The notes: a model not told the origin generated them from the letters alone. Positions 36,806-46,216 are shown, numbered from the stretch's first letter. The stretch is DNA of 64,000 nt from Pseudomonadales bacterium (GCA_965208525.1 OZ242340.1:2711737-2775736), one strand, 5' to 3'. Translations and numbers: made by a program.

Positions 36806-38236
36806 ATGAAGCTGTTGGTTGCGAACCGTGGGGAGATAGCGATCCGCGTGATGCGTGCGGCGGCGGAGCTGGGGATTTCTACGGTTGCGATTGCGCCGAG
36901 GGACGACGCCGGGTCGCTGCACACGGGCAAGGCGGACGAGTTCGTGACGCTTGAGGGGGCGGGCGCGTCGGCCTACCTCGACATCGGGCAGGTGGTGGGG
37001 GCGGCGCGGGAGACGGGCTGCGACGCGGTGCATCCGGGCTACGGCTTCCTGTCGGAGAACGCGGAGCTGGCGCGGGCGTGCTCCGAGGCGGGGCTGACGT
37101 TCGTGGGGCCGCGGGAGGAGACGCTGCGGCTGTTCGGCGACAAGGCGCGCGCCCGGTCGGCGGCGTCGGCGGCGGGGGTGCCGGTGATCCGTGGCATCGA
37201 CCACGCGGTGTCGCTGGACGAGGCGGAGGCGTTCTTCGCGAGCCTGGGCGCTGGCAGCGCGATGATGCTGAAGGCGGTGGGCGGCGGCGGCGGTCGGGGC
37301 TCGCGCATGGTGGAGCGTGCGGAGGAGGTTGCGGAGGCGTTCGAGCGCTGCCGCGCGGAGGCGGAGGCGAGCTTCGGCAACGGCGAGCTGTACGTGGAGG
37401 AGTTCATGCGCCGGGCGCGGCACGTGGAGGTGCAGGTGCTGGGCGACGGCAGCGGCGCGGCCCAGCATCTCGGCGAGCGGGAGTGCAGCGTGCAGCGGCG
37501 TTTCCAGAAGATCGTCGAGGTGGCGCCGGCGCCGGGTCTTGCCGAGGGGGTGCGGGAGGCGGTGATCGAGGCGGCGGTTCGGTTCGCCTCGGGCGTGGAC
37601 TACCTGAGCGCCGGCACGTTCGAGTTTCTGGTGGACGTTTCGGCGGACGCCTCGGGGGGCGGGTTCGCGTTCATCGAGACGAACGCGCGGCTGCAGGTGG
37701 AGCACACGGTGACGGAGGAGGTCACCGGGGTCGACGTCGTGGCCTCGCAGCTCCGGCTGGCGCAGGGCGCGACGATTTCCGACCTGGGGCTGGACGCGCC
37801 GCCTGCCCTGCGGGGCTACGCGATCCAGTCGCGGGTGTGCATGGAGTCGGTTCGCGAAGACGGTTCCATCGTTCCGACCGGCGGGGTGCTGACGGCGTAC
37901 GAGGCGCCGAGCGGCCCGGGTGTGCGCACGGACGGCTTCGGCTACGGCGGCTACGAGACGAGCCTGAACTACGACCCGCTGCTGGCGAAGGTGATCGCGC
38001 ACTCGCCGTCGCCGGACTTCGGCGACGCCGTCGCCCGCTCGCTGCGGGCGCTGGCGGAGTTCCGGGTCGAGGGGGTGGAGACGAACATCGCCTTCCTCGA
38101 GAGCATCCTGCGCCACCCGGACTTCGCCGCCGCCGAGGTGCACACCCGCTTCGTCGACGAGAACATGGCCAGCCTCGCCGCCGCCGAGCAAGGCGCACGC
38201 TTCGTCACCCCGCCCGGATTCGAGCCGCAGGCGGCA
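36806..38236 (+). repeat. Direct repeat unit A (1.43 kb; identical bar 1 mismatch seen to 40296-41726)
   Basis: Compared by eye across the region. Overlapping spurious ORFs 37078..38340 vs 40568..41830 and 37722..38198 vs 41212..41688 are identical or differ by 1 aa. One substitution was seen (NYDP/NYDS). Confidence 0.9.
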
Positions 38237-40273
38237 GACGGATTCGCCGGTGCCAGAGTCGAGGATGCCCGCGACCCCCTTGCACTTTTCCTGCACGACA
38301 CCCGCGTCAAGTCCGAACAGGACGACGAGGACGAAGCTGAAAGCGGCCCGGTCGTCGTGCCGGCCCCGGTTCCCGGCGAGGTGCGCGCCGTGCATGTCCT
38401 CGCCGGAGACGAGGTGCTGACGGGCCAACCGCTCGCAACCATTCACTCGCTGGAGATCGACCACATCGTTCGCGCTGACGAGGGCGGTGCCGTGGAAACC
38501 GTCGCCGTGGACGCCGGCAATGTCGTCCGCGCCGGCGACTCCTTGCTGCAAATCGTCAAGTCCGACATGGCCGGCCGTTGGGCCGAACCTGCTGCGGAGG
38601 CAGACTTCGACACCCGCCGCTCCGACCTGGCCCTCGTGGACCAGCGCCGCACCTACATCGAAGACGACTTCCGCGCCGAACGCATCGGTCGACGCCACGC
38701 CAAGGAGCAGCGCAGCCCGCGCGAGAACATCGAACACCTCATGGACGGCACCTTCCGCGAGTACGGTCCCCTCGTCACCGCGGCAAGCTGGCAGAAGCAG
38801 GAATGGCTGCGGGAGACGACCCAGGCGGATGGCCTCGTCATGGGCATCGGCAGCATCAACGGCGATCTCTTCGATGCCGACGCCTCCCGCGCGGTGGTGG
38901 TTCACTACGACTACATGGTGGTGGCGGGCACCCAGGGCGGGCGCGGCCACTACAAGCAGGATCGCATCTACGAACTGGCCGGACGCTTCCGGTTGCCCCT
39001 GATCCTCTTTGCCGAGGGCGGCGGCGGTCGACCCGGCATCAGCGGCGGCGAACGGGCAGAAGCCGTGGACATCGCCATCGAGGCGGGGCTGCGCAAGCTT
39101 GGCGAGAAGGCGCCGCCCGGTTCCCGCGCCAGCGCCGTGGACGTGGCCGGTCGCGGCGGCGGGGGCGTGCCGGTGGACTCCTACACCTTCACCAAGCTCT
39201 GCGAGCTGAGCGGCCTGGTGCCCTTGGTGGGCGTCAACTCCGGGCGCTGCTTCGCCGGCAACACGGTGATGCTGGCGTCCTGCGATGTCATCATCGCGGC
39301 GGAGAACTCCACCATTGGCCTTGGTGGCCCTGCCATGATCGAAGGCGGGGGCCTCGGCATCTACACGCCGGAAGAAGTGGGTCCCATGTCCTTCCAGGTG
39401 CCAAACGGTGTCGTGGACATCCTCGTCAAGGACGACGAGGCGGCCATCGAGACGGCGAAAAAATACCTTTCCTACTTCCAGGGCGCGGTGGATAGCTGGG
39501 AGACGCCGGACCAGCGCCGCCTCCGCGCGATCATTCCGGAAGACCGCAGCGCGCTCTACGACATGCGCGAGCTCATCGCCACTTTGGCGGACGAAGACTC
39601 CATCCTCGAAATCCGCGAAGCCTTCGGCGTCGGGATCATCACCGCCTTCATCCGCATCGAAGGCGAGCCGATGGGCCTCATCGCCAATAACCCCGCGCAC
39701 CTATCTGGCGCCATCGACAGCGATGCCGCCGACAAGGCGGCGCGCTTCCTGCAACTCTGCGACACCTTCGACATCCCGGTGCTGTCGCTGATGGACTGTC
39801 CCGGCCTCATGCCGGGGCCGGAGTACGAGCAGGCAGCACTGCTTCGCCACTCAGGCCGCATGTTCGTCACCGGCGCCAACATGACCACGCCCATGTTCGG
39901 CGTCGTGGTGCGCAAGGCCTATGGAATGGGCGTGCGAGCGATGTGCGGCGGCAGCTCGCTGGAACCGTTCTTCACCGTCGCCTGGCCCACGGCAGAGTTC
40001 GCCGACATGACCATCGACGGCAGAGTCAATCTCATGTACGGCGAGGAACTGGCCGCGATTGAGGATGCAGCGGAACGAGAAGCGGTGCACCAACGCCTGA
40101 TGGATGCCCACGTCGATCGAGTGCGCGCGGTGAACGCGGGCGGCACCAACTACGGCATCGACGACGTCATCGACCCGGCCGACACCCGAGCGTGGATCGC
40201 GCAGGGGCTTAGGAGCGTGCCGAAACCCCCGCCGCGGGAGGAAAAGAAGCGACCCAATGTGGACACGTGGTAG
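36806..40273 (+). CDS. Single-chain biotin-dependent acyl-CoA carboxylase paralogue 1 (BC - degenerate BCCP - carboxyltransferase); BCCP lacks the biotin-acceptor lysine
   Basis: ATP-grasp biotin carboxylase (aa 1-450), a biotinyl-like domain with 'ATIHSLEIDHIV' instead of AMKM, and a PccB/AccD-like CT domain ('VVVHYDYMVVAGTQGG', '...RKAYGMGVRAM'). 1155 aa. Confidence 0.85.
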   Translation: MKLLVANRGEIAIRVMRAAAELGISTVAIAPRDDAGSLHTGKADEFVTLEGAGASAYLDIGQVVGAARETGCDAVHPGYGFLSENAELARACSEAGLTFVGPREETLRLFGDKARARSAASAAGVPVIRGIDHAVSLDEAEAFFASLGAGSAMMLKAVGGGGGRGSRMVERAEEVAEAFERCRAEAEASFGNGELYVEEFMRRARHVEVQVLGDGSGAAQHLGERECSVQRRFQKIVEVAPAPGLAEGVREAVIEAAVRFASGVDYLSAGTFEFLVDVSADASGGGFAFIETNARLQVEHTVTEEVTGVDVVASQLRLAQGATISDLGLDAPPALRGYAIQSRVCMESVREDGSIVPTGGVLTAYEAPSGPGVRTDGFGYGGYETSLNYDPLLAKVIAHSPSPDFGDAVARSLRALAEFRVEGVETNIAFLESILRHPDFAAAEVHTRFVDENMASLAAAEQGARFVTPPGFEPQAADGFAGARVEDARDPLALFLHDTRVKSEQDDEDEAESGPVVVPAPVPGEVRAVHVLAGDEVLTGQPLATIHSLEIDHIVRADEGGAVETVAVDAGNVVRAGDSLLQIVKSDMAGRWAEPAAEADFDTRRSDLALVDQRRTYIEDDFRAERIGRRHAKEQRSPRENIEHLMDGTFREYGPLVTAASWQKQEWLRETTQADGLVMGIGSINGDLFDADASRAVVVHYDYMVVAGTQGGRGHYKQDRIYELAGRFRLPLILFAEGGGGRPGISGGERAEAVDIAIEAGLRKLGEKAPPGSRASAVDVAGRGGGGVPVDSYTFTKLCELSGLVPLVGVNSGRCFAGNTVMLASCDVIIAAENSTIGLGGPAMIEGGGLGIYTPEEVGPMSFQVPNGVVDILVKDDEAAIETAKKYLSYFQGAVDSWETPDQRRLRAIIPEDRSALYDMRELIATLADEDSILEIREAFGVGIITAFIRIEGEPMGLIANNPAHLSGAIDSDAADKAARFLQLCDTFDIPVLSLMDCPGLMPGPEYEQAALLRHSGRMFVTGANMTTPMFGVVVRKAYGMGVRAMCGGSSLEPFFTVAWPTAEFADMTIDGRVNLMYGEELAAIEDAAEREAVHQRLMDAHVDRVRAVNAGGTNYGIDDVIDPADTRAWIAQGLRSVPKPPPREEKKRPNVDTW

Positions 40274-40295
40274 GGAAGCAGGGGGAGAGGCAAAG

Positions 40296-41726
40296 ATGAA
40301 GCTGTTGGTTGCGAACCGTGGGGAGATAGCGATCCGCGTGATGCGTGCGGCGGCGGAGCTGGGGATTTCTACGGTTGCGATTGCGCCGAGGGACGACGCC
40401 GGGTCGCTGCACACGGGCAAGGCGGACGAGTTCGTGACGCTTGAGGGGGCGGGCGCGTCGGCCTACCTCGACATCGGGCAGGTGGTGGGGGCGGCGCGGG
40501 AGACGGGCTGCGACGCGGTGCATCCGGGCTACGGCTTCCTGTCGGAGAACGCGGAGCTGGCGCGGGCGTGCTCCGAGGCGGGGCTGACGTTCGTGGGGCC
40601 GCGGGAGGAGACGCTGCGGCTGTTCGGCGACAAGGCGCGCGCCCGGTCGGCGGCGTCGGCGGCGGGGGTGCCGGTGATCCGTGGCATCGACCACGCGGTG
40701 TCGCTGGACGAGGCGGAGGCGTTCTTCGCGAGCCTGGGCGCTGGCAGCGCGATGATGCTGAAGGCGGTGGGCGGCGGCGGCGGTCGGGGCTCGCGCATGG
40801 TGGAGCGTGCGGAGGAGGTTGCGGAGGCGTTCGAGCGCTGCCGCGCGGAGGCGGAGGCGAGCTTCGGCAACGGCGAGCTGTACGTGGAGGAGTTCATGCG
40901 CCGGGCGCGGCACGTGGAGGTGCAGGTGCTGGGCGACGGCAGCGGCGCGGCCCAGCATCTCGGCGAGCGGGAGTGCAGCGTGCAGCGGCGTTTCCAGAAG
41001 ATCGTCGAGGTGGCGCCGGCGCCGGGTCTTGCCGAGGGGGTGCGGGAGGCGGTGATCGAGGCGGCGGTTCGGTTCGCCTCGGGCGTGGACTACCTGAGCG
41101 CCGGCACGTTCGAGTTTCTGGTGGACGTTTCGGCGGACGCCTCGGGGGGCGGGTTCGCGTTCATCGAGACGAACGCGCGGCTGCAGGTGGAGCACACGGT
41201 GACGGAGGAGGTCACCGGGGTCGACGTCGTGGCCTCGCAGCTCCGGCTGGCGCAGGGCGCGACGATTTCCGACCTGGGGCTGGACGCGCCGCCTGCCCTG
41301 CGGGGCTACGCGATCCAGTCGCGGGTGTGCATGGAGTCGGTTCGCGAAGACGGTTCCATCGTTCCGACCGGCGGGGTGCTGACGGCGTACGAGGCGCCGA
41401 GCGGCCCGGGTGTGCGCACGGACGGCTTCGGCTACGGCGGCTACGAGACGAGCCTGAACTACGACTCGCTGCTGGCGAAGGTGATCGCGCACTCGCCGTC
41501 GCCGGACTTCGGCGACGCCGTCGCCCGCTCGCTGCGGGCGCTGGCGGAGTTCCGGGTCGAGGGGGTGGAGACGAACATCGCCTTCCTCGAGAGCATCCTG
41601 CGCCACCCGGACTTCGCCGCCGCCGAGGTGCACACCCGCTTCGTCGACGAGAACATGGCCAGCCTCGCCGCCGCCGAGCAAGGCGCACGCTTCGTCACCC
41701 CGCCCGGATTCGAGCCGCAGGCGGCG
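40296..41726 (+). repeat. Direct repeat unit B of the 1.43-kb BC-domain repeat
   Basis: See unit A. Confidence 0.9.
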
Positions 41727-43517
41727 GCAGCGCAGCAGGCCGAGCAGGCGGTGGGGCCAGAGGGGTCCGTGGGCCTGGTTGCCCCCATGCAAGGAACCAT
41801 CGTCGAGATTGGCGTTGCCATTGGCGATGAGGTGCGCGTTGGTCAAGCCGTGGCCGTCGTTGAGGCAATGAAGCTGCAGCACGACATCCGGGCGGACCGC
41901 AACGGTGTTGTCTGCGCCGTCTCCATGGCGGAAGGCGACGTGGTGCGCGAGGGCTTTCCCATCGTCTTCCTGCACGAGTCCGATGTGGAAGGCGGCGCCC
42001 TCGAGGGCGATGCAGGAATGGACCTCGATCTCCTCCGGGGCGACATGCAGGAGGTCAACGAACTCATCGACCAAACCCTCGATGCCGCCAAGGCAGAAGC
42101 GGTGGCTGGGCTGCGCGAGAGCAACCGGCGCACTCCTAGGGAGAATCTCGACGATTTCCTGGACGAAGGCTCCTTCCGCGAGTTCGGTCCCCCAGCGGCC
42201 GGCTCCGCCGCCGGCGGCACCATCATGGGCTTCGGCAGCGTCAATGCCGACCTCGTCGGAGACGAGCGCAGCCGCGTGGCGGTGGTACACAGCAACTACC
42301 CAACCGCCGCCTACACCCACGGTCACTATCGTCAGGAGCAGATTCACGAGATGGCCAGGGACTGGCGCGTCCCTGTGGTGCTCTTCTCCGAAGGGGAGGG
42401 TGGCCCGCACGGCAACGTCGGCGGCGTCGGCATGGACGCCAGCGTCTTCACCGATTTCGCGAGGCTGTCGGGGCTGGTGCCGCTCATCGGCGTCAACACC
42501 GGCGACTGCTTCGCCGGCAATGCCGCCCTCCTCGCCTGCTGCGACGTCATCATCGCCACGGAGGACTCCACCATCGGCATGAACGGCCCGGCCGTCGTCG
42601 AGTCGAGCGGATTGGGCACGCACAGTGCCGCGGAACTCGGCGGCATGTCGTTCCAGGCAGCCAACGGCAGCGTCGACATCGTGGTTGAGGACGACGCGGC
42701 CGCGGTGGCCACCGCCAAGCAATATCTCTCTTACTTTCAGGGGCCTGTGTCGGACTGGGAAGCGCCAGACCAGCGCCGGATGCGGCATGTCATCCCGGAA
42801 GACCGCGTGCGCGCCTACGACATGCGCGAAATCATCGAGACCTTGGCCGACGAGGGCTCGGTGCTGGAGATCCGCAAAGACTTCGGCATCGGCGTCATCA
42901 CCTCCTTCATCCGCGTGGAAGGTCAGCCGATGGGCGTCGTGGCCAACAACCCGGCGCACCTCGCCGGCGCCGTGGACAGCCCAGGGGCAGACAACGGCGC
43001 CCGCTTCTTCCAGCTCTGCGACGCCTTCGACATCCCGGTGGTGGTGTTCATGGACTGTCCGGGGATCATGGTGGGCCCAGACCACGAGCGCACGGCCCTG
43101 GTCCGCCACGCCGTGCGCCTGTTCAACATTGGCGCCAACTGCACGGCGCCCATGTTCGGCATCATGGTGCGCAAGGCATACGGGCTCGGCGTGCAAGCCA
43201 TGATCGGCGGCGCCTCCTCGGTACCGTTCCTGACGGTGGCATGGCCCACGGCAGAATTCGCTGGCATGAACATCGACGGTGCCGTCAAGCTCTCCGCCCG
43301 CCGCGAACTGGCCGCCATCGAAGATGCCGAAGAGCGCAAGGACGCCTACGAACGACGCGTCGCCCAAGGCTATGAGTCGGCAAGAGCCGTCAACTCCGGC
43401 GCAAGATACGTGATCGACCCAGCCGACACCCGCGCCTTCATCGCTCGAGGCATGAAGAGCCTCCCACCAACCCCACCCCGCACGAAGAAGAAGCGCCCCT
43501 ATGTTGACACGTGGTAA
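40296..43517 (+). CDS. Single-chain biotin-dependent acyl-CoA carboxylase paralogue 2 (BC-BCCP-CT) with intact biotinylation motif
   Basis: Same BC domain as paralogue 1. BCCP has 'VVEAMKLQHDI'. The CT domain is ~55-60% identical to paralogue 1 and lacks its ~40-aa insertion. Start taken at the MKLLVAN ATG with a purine-rich RBS, not the upstream 40257 ATG that overlaps paralogue 1. Confidence 0.85.
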   Translation: MKLLVANRGEIAIRVMRAAAELGISTVAIAPRDDAGSLHTGKADEFVTLEGAGASAYLDIGQVVGAARETGCDAVHPGYGFLSENAELARACSEAGLTFVGPREETLRLFGDKARARSAASAAGVPVIRGIDHAVSLDEAEAFFASLGAGSAMMLKAVGGGGGRGSRMVERAEEVAEAFERCRAEAEASFGNGELYVEEFMRRARHVEVQVLGDGSGAAQHLGERECSVQRRFQKIVEVAPAPGLAEGVREAVIEAAVRFASGVDYLSAGTFEFLVDVSADASGGGFAFIETNARLQVEHTVTEEVTGVDVVASQLRLAQGATISDLGLDAPPALRGYAIQSRVCMESVREDGSIVPTGGVLTAYEAPSGPGVRTDGFGYGGYETSLNYDSLLAKVIAHSPSPDFGDAVARSLRALAEFRVEGVETNIAFLESILRHPDFAAAEVHTRFVDENMASLAAAEQGARFVTPPGFEPQAAAAQQAEQAVGPEGSVGLVAPMQGTIVEIGVAIGDEVRVGQAVAVVEAMKLQHDIRADRNGVVCAVSMAEGDVVREGFPIVFLHESDVEGGALEGDAGMDLDLLRGDMQEVNELIDQTLDAAKAEAVAGLRESNRRTPRENLDDFLDEGSFREFGPPAAGSAAGGTIMGFGSVNADLVGDERSRVAVVHSNYPTAAYTHGHYRQEQIHEMARDWRVPVVLFSEGEGGPHGNVGGVGMDASVFTDFARLSGLVPLIGVNTGDCFAGNAALLACCDVIIATEDSTIGMNGPAVVESSGLGTHSAAELGGMSFQAANGSVDIVVEDDAAAVATAKQYLSYFQGPVSDWEAPDQRRMRHVIPEDRVRAYDMREIIETLADEGSVLEIRKDFGIGVITSFIRVEGQPMGVVANNPAHLAGAVDSPGADNGARFFQLCDAFDIPVVVFMDCPGIMVGPDHERTALVRHAVRLFNIGANCTAPMFGIMVRKAYGLGVQAMIGGASSVPFLTVAWPTAEFAGMNIDGAVKLSARRELAAIEDAEERKDAYERRVAQGYESARAVNSGARYVIDPADTRAFIARGMKSLPPTPPRTKKKRPYVDTW

Positions 43518-43562
43518 GCCTCGGAACGCTTCAAGGCCACCCTGACGCCTTCCAACGCAACA

Positions 43563-43791
43563 CGTTGATAAACCAACAATGTGGCTCGAAGCCGAGCCAA
43601 CACCAACGTGCGGGCCGGATGGCGCGGTCCCACACGCCTTTCGGAGCGAGGGCCTTTTCACGCTCCTCCCGCCGAAGGCGAAGCAACCAAGGGCCGGAAG
43701 CTACAACCAGCCGTCTCCCCGCGAGACAGGCCTGGCAGACGGCGTGGATGGCTGTCTGTTTCCTGCCGTCCCTAGCCCTGCGTCCCTCCTG
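43563..43791 (+). repeat. Non-coding repeat element, copy 2 (short form), starting 'cgttgataaacc'
   Basis: Aligns with 13345-13661 except for a ~90-bp deletion. Lies in the 340-bp gap between carboxylase-2 and the first CoA-transferase gene. Confidence 0.7.
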
Positions 43792-43856
43792 GAGTAAGAA
43801 CTCGCTCCCGCTCGCAGTCCGCTATTCTTGCCTGCCGTGCAGGGAAGGGTTAGGGG

Positions 43857-44996
43857 ATGAGTGAGGAAGCCGCGCTGGCGGGCATTCGGGTGGTGGATGC
43901 CGCCGGGAGCATCGCCACGGCCTATTGCGGCAAGCTGTTTGCGGATCATGGCGCGGCTGTGGTCAATGCCGAGCCCCCCGAAGGCTTCGCCACGCGGCGG
44001 GAAGAACCGTTTCTGCCCGGCGCCCTGGCTCCGGAAAACAGCGCCCTCCACGCTTGGCTCTCCACCAACAAGGCGAGCGCAGTGGTCGAGTCGGTCGGCG
44101 ACATCCGCGACTTGGCGCGGGGGGCGCAGGTGGTGCTTGACGACGGGCGTTTCGATTGCGAGCACTTCTCGGCGCTCGCGCCCAACGTCGTGGTTTCTAC
44201 GGTGACCTGGTTCGGACGCACCGGGCCATATGCGGATTATCAAGGCACGGATGGCGTGGTGCAGTCGCTCATCGGCATGGTGCGCGGCATCGGTCTCGAG
44301 GAGGGCCCGCCCATTCTTCCCGCTGGCTGTCAGGCGCAGATCGTCGGCGGTCTCGCCGCCTACATCGGCACCCTCGGCCAGGTGATCGCCCGCGAGATCG
44401 GCAATGCCCGAGGCCCAGTCCGGCTCGACACGAGCATCTTCGAGGCCAATCTCTGCTTCACGGAGGTCGGTGGCGTGGGCGGCCACCGCAGCGGTCGCCG
44501 CGTCCGACGCATGGGCGTGAACCGCTACCCGCCCACCTATCCGCTCGGCATCTATCCCTGCCGTGATGGCTGGCTCGGCGTCACCGCGCTGACGCCATCG
44601 CAGTGGAAGAGCTTCTGTGCCTTGCTCGACATGCAGGAGTTTGCCGACGTGCCGCAATACCAGAGCGCGATCGGCCGCTTGCAGGATGCGGAGATGCTCG
44701 ACCCGCTCATCCACGAGCGGGTGCGGGAGCAGAGCGCGACGGAGCTCTTCAACCGCGGGCAGGGCGCGCGCATCCCGCTGGCGTTGGTGCCGACGATGGA
44801 GCAACTGTTCACGGTGGACCAGTATGTCGCCCGACGGGCGTTCGATGAGGTGCGGCCGCCGGGGCAGGAGGGCTTCGTGGCTCCGGTAACGCCGTTCCGC
44901 CTGTTCCGTACCCCTGCCACTCGCGGCGGCGACGTGGCCCCCCTCGGGTCGATGCCTCCGACGCCTGTCGAACCACCTCGGAGCGTGCGCGCATGA
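43857..44996 (+). CDS. Family III CoA-transferase (CaiB/BaiF family)
   Basis: 'GIRVVDAAGSIATAYCGKLFADHGAAVV' is a family-III N-terminus, at ~380 aa. Confidence 0.8.
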   Translation: MSEEAALAGIRVVDAAGSIATAYCGKLFADHGAAVVNAEPPEGFATRREEPFLPGALAPENSALHAWLSTNKASAVVESVGDIRDLARGAQVVLDDGRFDCEHFSALAPNVVVSTVTWFGRTGPYADYQGTDGVVQSLIGMVRGIGLEEGPPILPAGCQAQIVGGLAAYIGTLGQVIAREIGNARGPVRLDTSIFEANLCFTEVGGVGGHRSGRRVRRMGVNRYPPTYPLGIYPCRDGWLGVTALTPSQWKSFCALLDMQEFADVPQYQSAIGRLQDAEMLDPLIHERVREQSATELFNRGQGARIPLALVPTMEQLFTVDQYVARRAFDEVRPPGQEGFVAPVTPFRLFRTPATRGGDVAPLGSMPPTPVEPPRSVRA

Positions 44997-46216
44997 GCCG
45001 CCCCGGCCTGCTCGAAGGCGTGCGCGTCGTGGATCTCTCGATGGGCTGGGCCGGCCCCTTGGCGGCGCGGCATCTCGCCGACATGGGCGCTGATGTCATC
45101 AAGGTGGAAGGTTGCGTCCGCTTCGACTGGTGGCGTGGCTGGGAGGCCACCCAGGAGTGGATCGATGAGGGTGGCGCCGAGATGTCGCCGGCGTTCAACA
45201 TGGTGAACCGCAACAAGCGCGACCTGACGCTGGACCTCTCAACTTCGGAAGGGGCGGACCTGCTGTTGCGCTTGGTGGCCATCTCCGACGTCGTGGTGGA
45301 GAACTACTCCGCCGGCGTGCTGCCGAAGCTTGGCCTCGACTACCCCGTGCTGGCGAAGGCCAACCCCGAAGTCGTGATGATCTCGATGCCCGCTTTCGGC
45401 AGCAACGGCCCATGGCAAGGCTATCGAGCCTACGGTTCAACGGTCGAGCAGGCATCCGGCTTGCCGCATCAGTCCGGCGAGGAGTCCATGCCGCCCACCA
45501 TGACTCACGTCGCGCTTGGCGATTCGGTGGGTGGCCTCAACGGCGCGGCGGCGCTGCTCACGGCACTCCGGGCCCGGCGCAGAACCGGCAAGGGCCAGCA
45601 CCTCGACCTGTCGCAGTCGGAATGCCTGTTTCCGCTCGGCATCAAAGGCATCCTGACGCAGTCTGTCACCGGCTCGCCGCCGCAGCGACTCGGAAATCGC
45701 TCCCTCGAACACGCGCCGCACGGGGTCTATCCCTGCGCCGGCGACGACGAGTGGATCGTCATCCAGGTTCGCTCGGAAGCGGAGTGGAAGGCGTTCGAGG
45801 CGGCGAGTGGCATTGGCGGATTTGGCGATGCTGCGGATCGGCTGGCACGGCGGGAGGAACTCGACGACGCCGTGCGAGCTTTCACCTCGACGCAGGTTGT
45901 CGAGCTCTTGATGCCAGAGTTGCAGGAAGCGGGCGTCCCGGCGGCACGCTTGGCCGGGGGGCTGGAACTCACCACGGACCCGCACCTGGCGGCGCGGGGC
46001 TTTTGGAAGATGATGCAGCGCGACTATGTCGGCGAGCTGCCGCACCCGGCGCCGCCCTATCGCGTTGGCGAAGCGCCGTTCGACATCGACCGTCCGGCGC
46101 CGACCCTCGGCCAACACAACGTTGAGGTGCTGTCGGAAGTGCTGGGCCTCGCGCCCGACGAGATCGCGGCGTTGGCGGAGAAGGGCGTCATCGGCACCAA
46201 GCCGCGACTGCCATGA
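44993..46216 (+). CDS. Family III CoA-transferase (CaiB/BaiF family)
   Basis: 'GVRVVDLSMGWAGPLAARHLADMGADVIKVE'. 4-bp overlap with the upstream gene (translational coupling). Confidence 0.85.
   Translation: MSRPGLLEGVRVVDLSMGWAGPLAARHLADMGADVIKVEGCVRFDWWRGWEATQEWIDEGGAEMSPAFNMVNRNKRDLTLDLSTSEGADLLLRLVAISDVVVENYSAGVLPKLGLDYPVLAKANPEVVMISMPAFGSNGPWQGYRAYGSTVEQASGLPHQSGEESMPPTMTHVALGDSVGGLNGAAALLTALRARRRTGKGQHLDLSQSECLFPLGIKGILTQSVTGSPPQRLGNRSLEHAPHGVYPCAGDDEWIVIQVRSEAEWKAFEAASGIGGFGDAADRLARREELDDAVRAFTSTQVVELLMPELQEAGVPAARLAGGLELTTDPHLAARGFWKMMQRDYVGELPHPAPPYRVGEAPFDIDRPAPTLGQHNVEVLSEVLGLAPDEIAALAEKGVIGTKPRLP

Noticed and set aside
40257-40295. ORF-track start at 40257 (MWTRGREAGGEAK-MKLL...) for carboxylase 2
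   Set aside because: It would overlap the last codons of carboxylase 1. The MKLLVAN ATG at ~40296 is preceded by a purine-rich RBS, and the identity to carboxylase 1 begins exactly there.
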